The notes below the pieces were generated by a model. That model did no database searches. It saw only the letters and a program-made list of their open reading frames with translations, and was not told the DNA's origin. 64,000 bases of DNA from Selaginella moellendorffii (taxonomy: Eukaryota > Plantae > Lycopodiophyta): contig NW_003314406.1 in assembly GCF_000143415.4 (NCBI RefSeq), positions 226,499 to 290,498 on the forward strand, given 5' to 3'. Both the position numbers and the translations under genes were made by a program. Below, piece after piece: positions 51,801-63,964 of the stretch. Within the stretch, counting starts at the first letter, position 1, and the number at the start of each line of letters is the position of its first letter.

Positions 51801-54800
51801 CATTGTCAAGAAAGCCATCATTGGGACACCCGAACACTCTAGAACACCAGAAGGTGGTGTTTGATGTCGCGAGGGCATTGGATAAAGCCCAAGGGACTAA
51901 GACCCTAGCGAATGATGGATAGAAGATGCTATCCAAATGTCCAAGGTTGCGGAGACAGGAGAGGATTGTCTACCCGAGTTGGACAAAGCCAAAAATGGAA
52001 TTTTGGCAAGGCTAGTGATGGGCATGTAAAGGCCCATAAGCAACAATGTAATCCCAGTGTGTGGGATTATAAGGTGAGCATACCCGGATTGAGGAACCAC
52101 TCCCTAGGCTATTGGGTAGGTTCATCCCTAAGAATACTTGCTAAAGCATGATAGAAAGTGCAAAGCTATCCTCCTGGTCTAGAGGAGAATGACCAAAGGA
52201 AAGGTGTGAAGCCAAAAAGCAAGAAGTAAGGGGATAGAACCGAACCGTGGGAATCAAAGAGCATAACCAAGGTTGGTTATGCCAGCTGGGAGTGGAGAAT
52301 CAAATGGGGGCTCGAGGGTGTTGCCGCTAGCAACCGCGATGCCATGGAGAGTCTAAAATATGGAATTGTCCATGTTAGACTATGTGGCATTTGGAAGGCT
52401 TGCAAAAAGGGAGGCCTTAGCAAGCTGAGGGACAGAGTTCCTTCAAGGTTCCCAAAGACGATTCTAGGTAGCTTAGTACCTAGAAAGGCCAAGTGTAAAT
52501 GGTTCATGGAACGCGCGAAATCAGAGTGGCGCAGCAGAAGCGTGGTCTTGAAGCTTGCCAGGAGGCAAGGCTATCAAGGTTAGGGAAGTAGTTCCCGAGT
52601 GTTCAAGGAGAGGGCTTTGAACGAAAGTCGATAGTCAAGGACTTTCACGCTTATGCAGGAACCATGTTACAGTGGTCGAAGGACTTGCCAAGCGAGATTG
52701 GCACGTCGGGGGAACAAATACCCTAGTTGAAGGTGATAACTTCAAAAAGGGTGGGCCATGGGCCGAGCATGGAGGAGTCCATGCATGATCACAGGCTTGT
52801 CAAGTGAGAGGACTTGGCAGTGAGGAGGAACTAGGTTCCTAAGCTGTGATCTGTAGCGCGCTTTAAAAATAGGTTGGTGCACCGGCGTGGGGAGTCACGC
52901 CAGGCATCTTGTGTGATGCCGTTCGTAGATGCATATACGGAGGTTGGGTTCGAGTCCCGACCCTCTAGTGCTTGGGTTCGAGTCCCAAATCACTAGGGCG
53001 TGGTGATGGTTTGGAATATAAGGACACTCATATTTCGGTGGTCATGGACTCTCAGTGGGGAGACTGGTTTGGGCACACCGCCAAGCGAGGGATGCCTCGG
53101 AGTCGTGATGCATGGTTAGATTGCTTAGAGTGAAAGCTCGGCATATCTAACTTGAACGCTTTGGTGCAAGTGGCACCAAGGTCGTGGTGAGTGAGATGGG
53201 GACACCTAATCTCAGTTGCTATGAACCCTTGGCCGTAAGGGCTGGCTTGGGTGCACCGCCAAGTGTGGGGGATGCCCCCGGGGTTATAGTCAACAACTTG
53301 GAGGTCTAGAAGACCAAATACCTCTTGGCAACTCTGTTAAGGTGCCAAGGTGAGATCACTAGGTGATCTTATGGCCAGATAAGGACAAGGTCCTTGGTTG
53401 GCTAAGGAATGAAGTTCCTGGTTCAAAATGTTGAAATTGAACTGTTTAAGATGGTGTGGCTTGGTCGTGATGACCAAGTGGGAAGAGCACCTAAGGGAAA
53501 TAAACTATGTCCGTGCGATGGCATAGTGAGTCCGAGGAAAGTAGTCTCTATAAAAGACCCATGGGAGGGTCACGAAGTTGGGCCGTGGATAGAGCCCATA
53601 GCAGAAGATGCTAAAGAGACGTACTAGGGGTGAACATCCTTCGGACTTGGCAAAGAAGAGTCTTTGCTATGGAACCGAAACAATACCTCAAGAAGGGAGG
53701 TAGAGATTCGATGTTGCTTGGTGCAACAATCAACGGATAGGAGCAAAAGATGAGTGGCCAAGATAGGGCCGTGGAATCCCTTGGAAGGAATCCAAGTGAT
53801 AAAGTTAGGCGAGGAACACTAATGTGTTGGATGCTAACATGTTGCGGGAAAGGAAGTGTGTTTCCAAGGAGGGATTCCGAAATGCTCTAATTTGGCGAAA
53901 GTGGAAGCTCCAAGGGAGGGAGCGGTAAGGTAGCCAAATGATAGGGCCATGGACAGCCCTAGCACAAAGTATGATAAATAGAACTTAGTGCCCAAGGTGG
54001 CACGAAATAGAAGAGAGGATGATGGTGCCCTCGAGTAGAGAACTTCCTAGGATGGGAAGTGGAGTTGCACAAAAGGTGCAAGGCAAGGTGTCGGAGACAC
54101 CTAGGAAACTGACTCCAAGAAGTCAAAATTCAAAGTTCCAAGGTGCAAAGGTTATATCGATGGAAATTGAGACTACTCGAGAAGGAGTAGTGGGATTGAC
54201 TTAGAGAAGGGTCTCTAAGAGGTTTAGCGAGAACTAAACCAATAAAAGGAGAGAACCACTATATGTGGTCCAATCGGTCTCTAAGTTGGAGAGACTACCC
54301 TCCTTAGAGGATATGCAAAAGGCATGGTGAGCCTTCAATGTCCAACCATTGACGAATATGGAGAAGGCATGGTGAGCCTTCAATGTCACACCATTGACAA
54401 ATATTGGCTACGCGCCAAGGATGGAAATGGTAACACATACGGGTGTTATTTTATAAAATGGTTCACCGTTCGATGAGGACATCGAACTTCGTCTATGGGT
54501 GGTGGAGTTGTGAGACACAAAATCCCTAGGCCCCAAAGTGGAGCCGGAAGGGCGCCACATGGTAGTGGCCGAAGCGAGAGCCAAACGAGCGTAACACATT
54601 TGGACCAAAAGCTCCGACTTGAAAAGTCAAGAGCGGGAGTGGAATGTGAGACACAAAATCCCTAGGCCCCAAAGTGGAGCTGGAAGGGCGCCACATGGTA
54701 GTGGCCGAAGCGAGAGCCAAACGAGCGTAACACGTTTGGACCAAAAGCTCCGACTTGAAAAGTCAAGAGCGGGAGTGGAACTCCCAACGAAGTGCTCGAG

Positions 54801-57800
54801 GAACGAGCACGAAGCGAGCAAAAGGCGAGGCTCCAAAAAGGGACCCAAAAGGACCAACACATGACACGTGGGAGTGTCCGAGATGGACTCGAGTTGGAGT
54901 CCGAAGTGGAGTCCAAGATGGACCCGAGTTGGAGTCCGAAGTGGAGTCCGAGATGGACCCGAGTTGGAGTCCGAAGCGGAGTCCGAGATGGACCCGAGAT
55001 GGAGTCCGAGATGGAGTCCGAAGTGGAGTCCGAGGTGGACCCGAGATGGACCCGAGTTGGAGTCCGAAGTGGAGTCCGAGATGGACCCGAGATGGATTCC
55101 AAGATGGAGTCCGAGATGGAGTCCGAGGTGGACCCGAGATGGACCCGAAATGGAGTCCGAGATGGAGTCCGAGATGGACCCGAGATGGAGTCCGAGATGG
55201 AGTCCGAGATGGACCCGAGATGGAGTCCGAGATGGAGTCCGAGATGGAGTCCGAGATGGAGTCCGAGATGGAGTCCGAAGTCGAGACCGAGACCGAGACC
55301 GGGACCGAGACCGAGACCGAGACCGAGATCGGGACCGAGACCGAGACCGAGGCCGAGGCCGAGACCGAGGCCGAGCCCGAGTCCGAATCCGAGTCCGAGT
55401 CCGAGTCCGAGTCCGAGTCCGAGTCCGGAGCCTGAGAGGGTGAAAGCCCAAAGCGTTCGTCTCCCAGACCCTGGGGGGTTTGGTGAGCTCCAAAAGTATA
55501 GTAGGGGGAGGACTGCAGTGGAGCCAGTTTGGCCAGGAAAGGCCAGTTTGGCCCAGGAAGGCCGGACCCAGTGTTGGGTGATGAGCTGCCCACTGGGAAG
55601 TCCAAGACTAGAGTGAACACAGACCGACAAGCGGGGTAGCTTGGTGAAGTGTTCAAGAGCCGGCTCTAGTTCCCCCGGGAGATCGACTGGCCGATGCTCC
55701 CAGTCCAAGTGTGGGTGGCACTACCTACTTGGATACCTGGTGTGGCTCAACGGAACCCGCTCTAAGCCCATGGCTAGAGCACCCAAGGGCAGAAGGCGAG
55801 GAGAGTACCCAGGTGGCTCGCGTAAGGCCACGGTGTTCCGAAATGTTGTCCCAAAGGCCCAGATTGTGGAAAGGAAGAGGAGCAGTCCTCTGGGGTAGTG
55901 ACCAAGGACACAGTCGTGTGGTGAGGAAGTCCCAGAGGACCGTGGGACTTAGTGGTCGGGCCTGTGGGTCTCGATCCAGTGGCAGTGTTGGCAAACACGG
56001 CTAGGGGCGGAAAGGGACTTAGTGGGGACTGACAGAGGGATATTGGGGAAGGCTATTCCCCTTGTCGGTGGGCATCCTAAGGATGCTAAGGAGTGGATCT
56101 GAGATGACCACTCACGGATGGTTTGCCTAGTCTTGGAGAGCCAAGACGGTGATGCAAGTGGTATTGGACTACCAGTGTGGCAAAGGTGATTGGGCATGGC
56201 CTTAGCGTAATGGGCTGCTATGTCGGTGGTACCTTTGAGTGTCGGTCATGGGATCGGACACGTGGAGCACTTGGACCAAGTGCAAATGTTGAGTGGCATG
56301 GATGCCATTCTCGGGGCTAGCAAGTCCCAAGTCCTAGATTGGACTCATGGAGGTTGTGAATGAGACTCCTCCAAGTGGTCAGAGTTGTGGTTAAGTGACT
56401 AAAGTAGAATGGAAAATTTAGTCGCTTACATTAAGGGCATTCCTGGGGCTATGCAACTACTACCGAAAGTTTATCAAACACTATTCAAGAGTAGCCGTGC
56501 CTTTAACGGACCAAACAGGAAAAGGGAAGATGGTATAGACAACGGAATGCGAGGTGGGATTTGTCCACCTCAAAGGGAAGTTGAGGAAGGCTCCCGTGTT
56601 GGCATTACCAGACTTTGGTAAGGACTTTGAGGTAGAAACGGATGCTTCAAACTTTGCGTTGGGCACAGTTTTGAAGCAAGACAATCACTTAGTAGCGTTC
56701 TTTTCGAAGAAGTTGGACAAGGCTCAATGGAAGTGGCTTGCCCACGAGAAGGAATTGTTTGTGGTGGTCAAGGCACTCAAGGAGTGGCGACACTACCTTG
56801 GGAGACACTTCAAGGTTTACACGAACAATTTGGCAACGAAACACTTCTTGTCACAACCCGACCTGAGGGGGAAACAAGGTCGGTGGGCCAATGCTTTGGC
56901 CGAGTTTGATTGCAAGATTCTATACAAGCCTGGAAAGAGCAACATCGTGGCGGATGTACTAAGTCGAAAAGTGAGCTTGAAGTTAGCGATATCCAGCGCA
57001 ATAGCAACCTTTTGGGATGATGTGCGAACAGCATATGAGAATGATGGTCTAGCACAAGAAGTGTTGCTACAGAATCTGGAAGCACGGGAAGCTCACCAGA
57101 GAGGTGAGCTGCCAACGAAAGAAAAAACGGGCTATGTGGAATGCAATGGACTCATCTATTACAAGAAAACGAGGGTGTATATCCCAAAAGGGGAACTAAG
57201 GAAGGTAGCCTTAGAGTGTTATGACTGACCTCTTGCGGGACATGGCAGAGTGCCCAAGACGATGGGCTTACTCAAGAGGAAGTATCACTAGCCAGACATG
57301 GCTAAGGATGTCCAAGACTATGTAAAGACATGTCCAACATGTCAGCAGGTCAAAACCGTGACTAAGGTTAGTGGGGGCTTGTTGCAAAGCATCCCAATTC
57401 CAGATCGTCCGTGGAAATGTCTTACGATGGACTTCATCATGGGACTCCCTCTAAGCGAAGGGTTCGATGTGATGTTCGTGGTGGTGGACCAATTTTTGAA
57501 GATGGCACATTTCATACCCACCTCAACGGAAGTGGATGCGGAAAGTGTGGCGAAGCTGTTCTTCGAACAAGTGGTTCGAGTGCGGGGAAGGCCAAAAGAG
57601 ATTATCTCAGATTGAGATAAGAGCTTCACCAGTAGGTTCTAGAGAACTCTCCAGGAATAATATTGCACCAAGTTGAAATTCAGCACAGCCTATCACCCAC
57701 AGATAGATATGTGGTATTAAGTCAAGTTTGATGGAACTAACACTTCTTGACAGACGGACAAACGGAAAGGGTGAATAGGCAGCTGGAGGATTATTTGCGA

Positions 57801-58600
57801 TGCTATGTCTCAGGAGACCAGACCGATTGGGAAAGTCATTTGGGACTTGCGGAAATGTATTATAACAACTCACCACATTTGAGTATCAGGGTGAGTCTAT
57901 GGCAAGTCATCAATGGGCGAGCTATTGAAGGTCCTGTGGAGCTCGGCATGGCCGAGTATCATGGAAAGTTACCCGCAGTGGAGGCATTCATGGCGGAAAG
58001 ACTCAACATTTGGAATCTAGTGAGGGATTCCTTGGAACGGGCTCAACAAAGGCAAACCATGTATGCGAACCAGAAGCGCTGGGATGTAGAGTTCCAAGCG
58101 GGGGAGAAGGTATGGCTGAACACCAAGAACCTCAGGCTACCAAGTGGGATTAGCCAGAAGCTAACCCAAAGGTAAAAATGCATGTATTCCGTAAATGAAT
58201 TGATCTTGAGTTCCTTAAGTAGGTTCGCAGAACTTTATAAGATTGAGGCACAAATCGGTAAAGTGGCTTACCGTCTCCGACTTCCTCGAGAGATGGGGAA
58301 GATGCACCTAATGTTCCACGTGAACTTACTCAAGCCGTACTTTGAGGATCCGCTTCGCATGGACCAAGTAAGGCCTTTACCTGAGGTTATCCAAGGGGAA
58401 AAGGAATACGAAGTCGAGGCCATCCTCAATGTGCGCAAGAGTAAGTGACAAGGATGTGAGGTGAGAGAGTTCCATGTGAAGTGGAAAGGATTTCCACACT
58501 ACGAAGAAATATGGGAACCGGAGGAAAACCTAGCGAACGTGCGAAATCTAGTGGAGGAATTTCTGCAAGGCAGAACTCTATGTACTTATGCAAAGTTCAA
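45884..58600 (+). pseudogene. gag-pol of element H with stops and frameshifts, interrupted at 48472-56430
   Basis: ORF pieces 46566-47261, 47364-48448, 56554-57615 and 57747-58448; chromodomain at about 58403-58570. Confidence 0.88.
48472..56430 (+). mobile_element. Young full-length non-autonomous LTR element A (LARD-like): LTRs 48472-50399 and 54509-56430, PBS 50403-50413, PPT about 54497-54507
   Basis: Perfect TSD TTAAG and near-identical LTRs. The 4.1-kb internal region has no long ORF or recognisable retroelement domain. Confidence 0.95.
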
Positions 58601-61198
58601 TTAAGGCATCAATTTGTGATGTTGAGCAATGGCATATGTTGGGACCCGAAGGTGCGCCGGAGGTAAGCTAATTAGCATGGGTTAACTAGGTCGACCAGGT
58701 GTAGAGAACTATGCCCGACTCCCCACAGAGATGTCGAATCCGTAGACATATTCTATGGAGGTTGGGTTCGAGTCCCAACCCCCTAGTAAAGCAAGGTTGG
58801 GTTCAAGTCTCAACCCCATGCTAGGGCATGGTGGGGTGAGGAGTATAAGGACACCTATATTCCGTTGTCATGGGCTCTTAACCAGGGATGCTAACTTAGG
58901 CACACCGCTAAATGGGGGGATGCCCCTGGAGACATGGTCAACAAGTCGTAGGATAAAAAGAGACGTTCAATGTGGGCATCAAACTTCTTCTATGGGTGGT
59001 GGAGTTGTAAGGAACCAACTCCCCGAGGTGTCGTAGGCTAAAGGATCCCCGAAAACATGACCAAAATGGCAAAGAGTTCATCAGATGGAACTGGGTCTGA
59101 GATCGAGTCCAAGACTGACTCTAAGACCGAGTTCGAGATAGAGTCCGAAATCGAGCCTGAGGCCGACTCGGAGACTGAGTTCAAGACCAAGTTCGAGACC
59201 GAGTTCGAGACGGAGTCCGAGATCCGAGAATCGGGTCCGAGACCGAGTCCGAAGTCGACTCTGAGATCGGGTCTGAGATCGAGTCCAAGATTAAGTCCGA
59301 GACCGAATCCGAAGTCGGGTCCGAGATCGAGTCCAAGATTGAGCCTGAGACCTAGTCCAAGTACTAATACGGGTCAAGGGGTGAAAGCCCAAAGCGCGCG
59401 TCTCCCAAGGGGGGGGGGGTTGCATGGGGTTCCAAAAGTATAGTAGGGATAGTGAGGTCTAGGAATCAGTCTTGAAGGAACTCTCCAGTGGTGCTTCCAA
59501 ACTGACTTGAGGTTAAGACTGGGGCCGAGGGGCCTTGGGTGGGAGTGAGCATAGACTCGGGTGGTGCCAGAGGAGCCACCCAAGGAAGTTCTCAAGAGCA
59601 GCTCCCACTCCCGAAAGGGAAACCGATTGCAATGCTCCCAGCTCATGTGGAGTGGTGCCCCACTTGAGTACCTTGTGGCTCATTGGTCCTCGCCCTTCCT
59701 AGGGGCTTGGGCCTTCCCTTCGGGATGGAAGTGGGGGGGTAGAGATACCTATACCGGGCCGTTATACCACGGTGTTTCGCCCCAATGTCCCGAAGCAAGT
59801 GTTGCACCCAAGACTTGGGATTTGAGGGTCCCATGATCAAGTCTTGTGGTACCAAGAATCAGGTCCGAGACCGAGTCCAAAGTTGAGTCCGAGATCGGGT
59901 CCAAGATCGAGTCCAAGATCAAGCCTGAGACTGAGTCCAAGTACTAATACGGGTCAAGGGGTGAAAGCCCAAAGCGTGCGTCTCCCGGGGGGGGGGGCTG
60001 CAGGGGGTTCCAAAAGTATAATAGGGATAGTGAGGTCCAGGAACCAATCTTGAAGGAACTCTCTAGTGGTGCTTCCAAATTGACTTGAGGTTGACACTGG
60101 GGCCGAGGGGCCTTGGGTGGGAATGAGCATGGACTCGGGTGGTGCCGTAGGGGCCACCCAAGGAAGTGTTCAAGAGCAGCTCCCACTCCCGAAAGGGAAA
60201 TCGATTGCGGTGCTCCCGGCTCATGTGGAGTGGTGCCCCACTTGAGTATCTTGTGGCTCATTGGTCCTCGCCCTTCCTAGGGGCTTGGGCCTTCCCTTCG
60301 GGATGGAAATGGGGGGGTAGAGGTACCCATACCAGGCCGTTAGGCCACGGTGTTTTGCCCCGGTGTCCCGAAGTAAGTGTTGCACCCAAGACTTGGGATT
60401 TAGAGGGTCCCATGATCAAGTCTTGTGGTACTAAGGGAAGTTAGGAACCTGAAGGCTTGGTGTGCTTGGCTGCTTGTGCCTGCGGGGAGTGTAGCCGAAC
60501 CTTAAGTCTAGTCTAACCTGGGGAGGGGGATGGGGAGAGATTTGAAAATCCGTGGATGGATGACTAACACTCTGTTGCTTGTGCAGTGAGTAACTGAAAC
60601 TAAGTAGGACCAAGTAGGAGTTGGTACCATAGGCAGGAACCTTGGCAAGGGAACTTAGCAAAAAGCCAAGGCAGTGTTGGACGGGTAGACGAGGTAAGCT
60701 GGCAAATTAGAAAGGAAAAATTTGTGGCTTACACTTAGACCCAAACACGCACTCGACCGCTTCAGCTTTAAACCAACGTCGCATAGCCGATCCAACACTT
60801 TACAAACATCACAAACGTGCTCCTCCCACATCCCCTTCGAGTGGATCAAAACATCATCAATGAAATCAGTAGTCACCTCCGGCATATTGCAAAGAACCTC
60901 ATCCATCATCCACTAGAAAGTTGTTGCAGCATTTTTTAAACCAAACGGCATCACCAAGAACTCGTACAAACCAAATGGTGTACGAAAAGCAGTCTTAGGA
61001 ATATCTTCTTTAGCCATCGGTACTTGCCAGTACTCAGAAGCAAGATTTAGTTTGGTGAACCAACGACTTCGCCCCAAACGATCCAAGAGATCAACAGTGT
61101 GAGGAAGAGGGTACACATCCGGGATCGTCACTTCGTTTAACGGACGATAGTCGATGCAGAAACGAATACTCCAATCAGGCTTCGTCACAAAATGAGGT

Positions 61199-63765
61199 GT
61201 AAAAGGCCTGGTGCTGCCCTCTGAACGGCTACAACTCCCAGGAACTCAAGTTGTGACACAAGAGCTGCAAGACGGGGCATTTGCAGATGACACCGCACTC
61301 TTCCTACTTGCCACCCCGAGGAATCTGGACGCAGCAAGGTCCAAGCTGGAGATCTTCAACAGGGCAGCGGGGGCAGCCATAAACTGGAACAAGTCAGTAG
61401 GCGTGAACTGGGGAGAGCCAGGCATTGAGACCTGGGGACAGGAGATAGGCTTTCAGTGGCTTCGCCCCGGCGAAGACACTCGGTACCTCGGCATCCAGGT
61501 TGGGACCCGGTACAATGCGGCTACACAGGATGACACGCTTCTCAGGAGGATCCGGACTGCAGTTCAGAAATGGACACCGAGGAAACTCGGACTCCCAGCC
61601 CGGATTGTAGTGGTCAAGAGTGTGATCCTCCCTAGCATCTGGTACCACCTCTCGATTTGGCCGGTGCTGGAAACTACACTGCAGAAGGTGAGACAGATGG
61701 TGCGGACCTACGTATGGCGTGGAGCATTGGCTACAGGGCGAACCATGGCCAAGGTGGCGTGGCAATCTACAGCGAGGCCGCGCATTCTAGGGGGCCTAGG
61801 GATCATTGACCCCAGCGACATGGCGAAGGCGATGAGGTACAAGATTTTTCTCATGGGCTTGCAACAGGGGAGACAGCCGTGGCGACTCATGTTTCGGCAG
61901 AGCCTCCTAGCGATACGCCCCAAACACAATGCAGCCAAACCGTGGGAGGAGGACCCACGGTGGCTCTTCGCAGAAGGACCGACGCAGGTAGTGAAGGGGG
62001 GCAACTTCGTCCAGAGCCTTCATCGACTGTGGAGAGCCTTTCTGCTGGAGCAAACACCACCGACCAGGGCCGAGGAGTGGCTCAACCAGCCTTTGTTTTT
62101 CAATGCACTGTTCAAAGAGGGAGGTGTGACACTAGGACGAGAGACACACCACACGATCTGGAGGAAAATGCACGCAAATGGATTCCGGACAATGAAGCAG
62201 TTGACGGGAGTGATTGACAGGGATTGGTGGCGAACAGCGAGAAGGACTCAAGTGTTTGGACCTTGGAAGCGACGTAACATCCTGCTGGACATTCTGCGAC
62301 TCCTCCGAGTGGTGAACAACACGAAAGCAGGGACGAAGTGGCCGAGAAGATGCCTTCAAGCAGGGGACTTTGTGGCGATCCAGCGGCAAACAGAGTGGGA
62401 GGAACACGATGCTGTGCGACGTCCGCTAGGGACGTGGACTCGAGCATTCACCGCACCTACACCAGCATGGGAAGAAGGGGACGTTGAGGTGTGGTTCGTT
62501 GCTGCACCAGAGCTCAACATAGGACTGCCGTTTCGCATCACGAGAGGAGACACGCTTCTCCCGATGGGTGAGAGACAAGAGATGCCAGACGTCACGGACG
62601 ATGAGGTACGTGGGAGGATTCGTGTGCTTAGGCACTCACCCAAGAGGCTGGACGTGGTGGACTCGGAAGACCTGCTGGAGGGCGATGGATCACTGATATG
62701 GTGGCGACAGCAGCTACTAGAAGATCTAGACTGGGACCCTGCTGCATGGCGACGAGGGACAGGAAGCTTTTTCTCCTATGCAGTCAAGGAAGCGCGGAAT
62801 GGACTGCTGACATCACGAGAGGAGGCGAGAGAGGAGATTCCGAAGCTGTGGCAGAAATGGATAGCACAGGGGGTCGGCGCGGAGCAAGTGGTGGACAACA
62901 CGATTCACTTCTGGAAGTTGCCCGTGCAGGAAAAAGTGAAAGTCACCTCGTGGTTGGTAGCGAACAATGGACTTCCGGTTGGACAGCGATTCCAGGACGA
63001 CGCGAGTCGCAGATGCAGGGAGTGTGACAAAATCGAGACAGTCAAGCATGCACTGTGGGAGTGTGACACTGCAAAGGAAGTGTGGCGCCAGATTATTAAG
63101 GCAGGGAAGGAGTTGGGCGTGACACAGGATTTTGAGGCCCGCAGTGGGGATGTGCTTCACTGGTTTGAGGAAGCGAGGGGCCCTGCCCAGGGCCCAGCCC
63201 TACGACACATTAGGTGCAGAGGACGACACGGCTGGGGGATTCAGGTCCGGTGGGACATGACCGGGGCGGAGGTAGGAGTCCCCGTGTGGGAGGCGCTTGG
63301 ACATGCTCGATGGGCAATATGGCGAGCGACGGGAGTCCAGGCCCTTTGGGAAGCACGCAACCGGGCACACTTCGAAGGGACACAGGTCAGAGTATCACAG
63401 GTACTGGCAGAGTGGTGGAGACTTACACTGGCGGCAATACGGCTTCACCATGCTATCCTCCGGGACAGGGGGAAGCTCGAGAGGCTCGAGGAGTGGCAAA
63501 AAGCATGGCTGCCATGTTTTGGTAGAGGAGATCACAAGGAGGTTCGTTGGAGATGGCGCCCCCCGGAGTCGATCTTGCGGTCAGCACGAAGGGGGGACGT
63601 GGATCTGGACGAGATACGACGGAGACGACCGCAGCCGCTTCTACTGCAGGCCTAGTCTCACTTTAGATGAGGGAGATCACCACTAGGTAGCATGAGCTTT
63701 GGGCAGCATGCCCAATTTTTGTATTAGTCCCTACGGGACATTGGGGAATGTACATACACGTTTCA
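61199..63765 (+). mobile_element. 5'-truncated non-LTR retrotransposon (L1/Tx1-like LINE)
   Basis: 17-bp TSD TCGTCACAAAATGAGGT at 61182-61198 and 63766-63782, inside the G RT. Confidence 0.93.
61211..63655 (+). CDS. C-terminal part of LINE ORF2 (RT FADD region, thumb, zf-RVT-type CCHC); open but N-terminally truncated
   Basis: FADDT, INWNKS, RYLGI, KVAW...GGLGI and CRECDKIETVKHALWEC; 814 codons without a stop. Confidence 0.9.
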   Translation: MLPSERLQLPGTQVVTQELQDGAFADDTALFLLATPRNLDAARSKLEIFNRAAGAAINWNKSVGVNWGEPGIETWGQEIGFQWLRPGEDTRYLGIQVGTRYNAATQDDTLLRRIRTAVQKWTPRKLGLPARIVVVKSVILPSIWYHLSIWPVLETTLQKVRQMVRTYVWRGALATGRTMAKVAWQSTARPRILGGLGIIDPSDMAKAMRYKIFLMGLQQGRQPWRLMFRQSLLAIRPKHNAAKPWEEDPRWLFAEGPTQVVKGGNFVQSLHRLWRAFLLEQTPPTRAEEWLNQPLFFNALFKEGGVTLGRETHHTIWRKMHANGFRTMKQLTGVIDRDWWRTARRTQVFGPWKRRNILLDILRLLRVVNNTKAGTKWPRRCLQAGDFVAIQRQTEWEEHDAVRRPLGTWTRAFTAPTPAWEEGDVEVWFVAAPELNIGLPFRITRGDTLLPMGERQEMPDVTDDEVRGRIRVLRHSPKRLDVVDSEDLLEGDGSLIWWRQQLLEDLDWDPAAWRRGTGSFFSYAVKEARNGLLTSREEAREEIPKLWQKWIAQGVGAEQVVDNTIHFWKLPVQEKVKVTSWLVANNGLPVGQRFQDDASRRCRECDKIETVKHALWECDTAKEVWRQIIKAGKELGVTQDFEARSGDVLHWFEEARGPAQGPALRHIRCRGRHGWGIQVRWDMTGAEVGVPVWEALGHARWAIWRATGVQALWEARNRAHFEGTQVRVSQVLAEWWRLTLAAIRLHHAILRDRGKLERLEEWQKAWLPCFGRGDHKEVRWRWRPPESILRSARRGDVDLDEIRRRRPQPLLLQA

Positions 63766-63870
63766 TCGTCACAAAATGAGGTTCACATGCCCAAAGACTC
63801 CACAACTTCCAAATAACACCCTTCTCTAGCATCTCCTTGATGTTTGTACGTAAAATCTTAATCTTCTTGG

Positions 63871-63964
63871 AAGCTCTATTTCGTTAAAGTGGGATTTATT
63901 CAGTAAAATGGGACTAGGTACAAATTTTCAAGTATTTGACAATGACGTGAAATTATATGTTTTT
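63871..63964 (-). mobile_element. Right terminus of a second, inverted copy of transposon F
   Basis: Reverse complement of about 28174-28267, including the TIR. Confidence 0.9.

Larger units (their letters stand above)
44710..60733 (+). mobile_element. Chromoviral Ty3/Gypsy element H, full-length but decayed: 5' LTR 44710-45824, PBS 45828-45840, gag-PR-RT-RH-INT-chromodomain, PPT about 58994-59004, 3' LTR 59006-60733
   Basis: TG...CA LTRs, TSD CTTGG/CTTAG, PBS TGGTATCAGAGCC. Motifs CYNCGEARHFSREC, LIDTGAS, YIDD, VETDAS, CPTC, TMDF and EYEVEAIL...VKWKG...WEPEENL. Confidence 0.93.
42450..63870 (-). mobile_element. Old Ty3/Gypsy pol (family G) fragmented by later insertions: RT at 63783-63870, 60734-61198 and 44578-44709; integrase at about 42450-42995
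   Basis: RFCIDYRPLN...YWQV...[38 protein letters not shown] and LPSLRYAY. The RT reads across the insertion sites. Confidence 0.85.

Noticed and set aside
52939-52996. tRNA gene or tRNA-derived SINE
   Set aside because: T-loop hairpins only. I could not find an A box, D arm, anticodon arm, acceptor stem or TSD.
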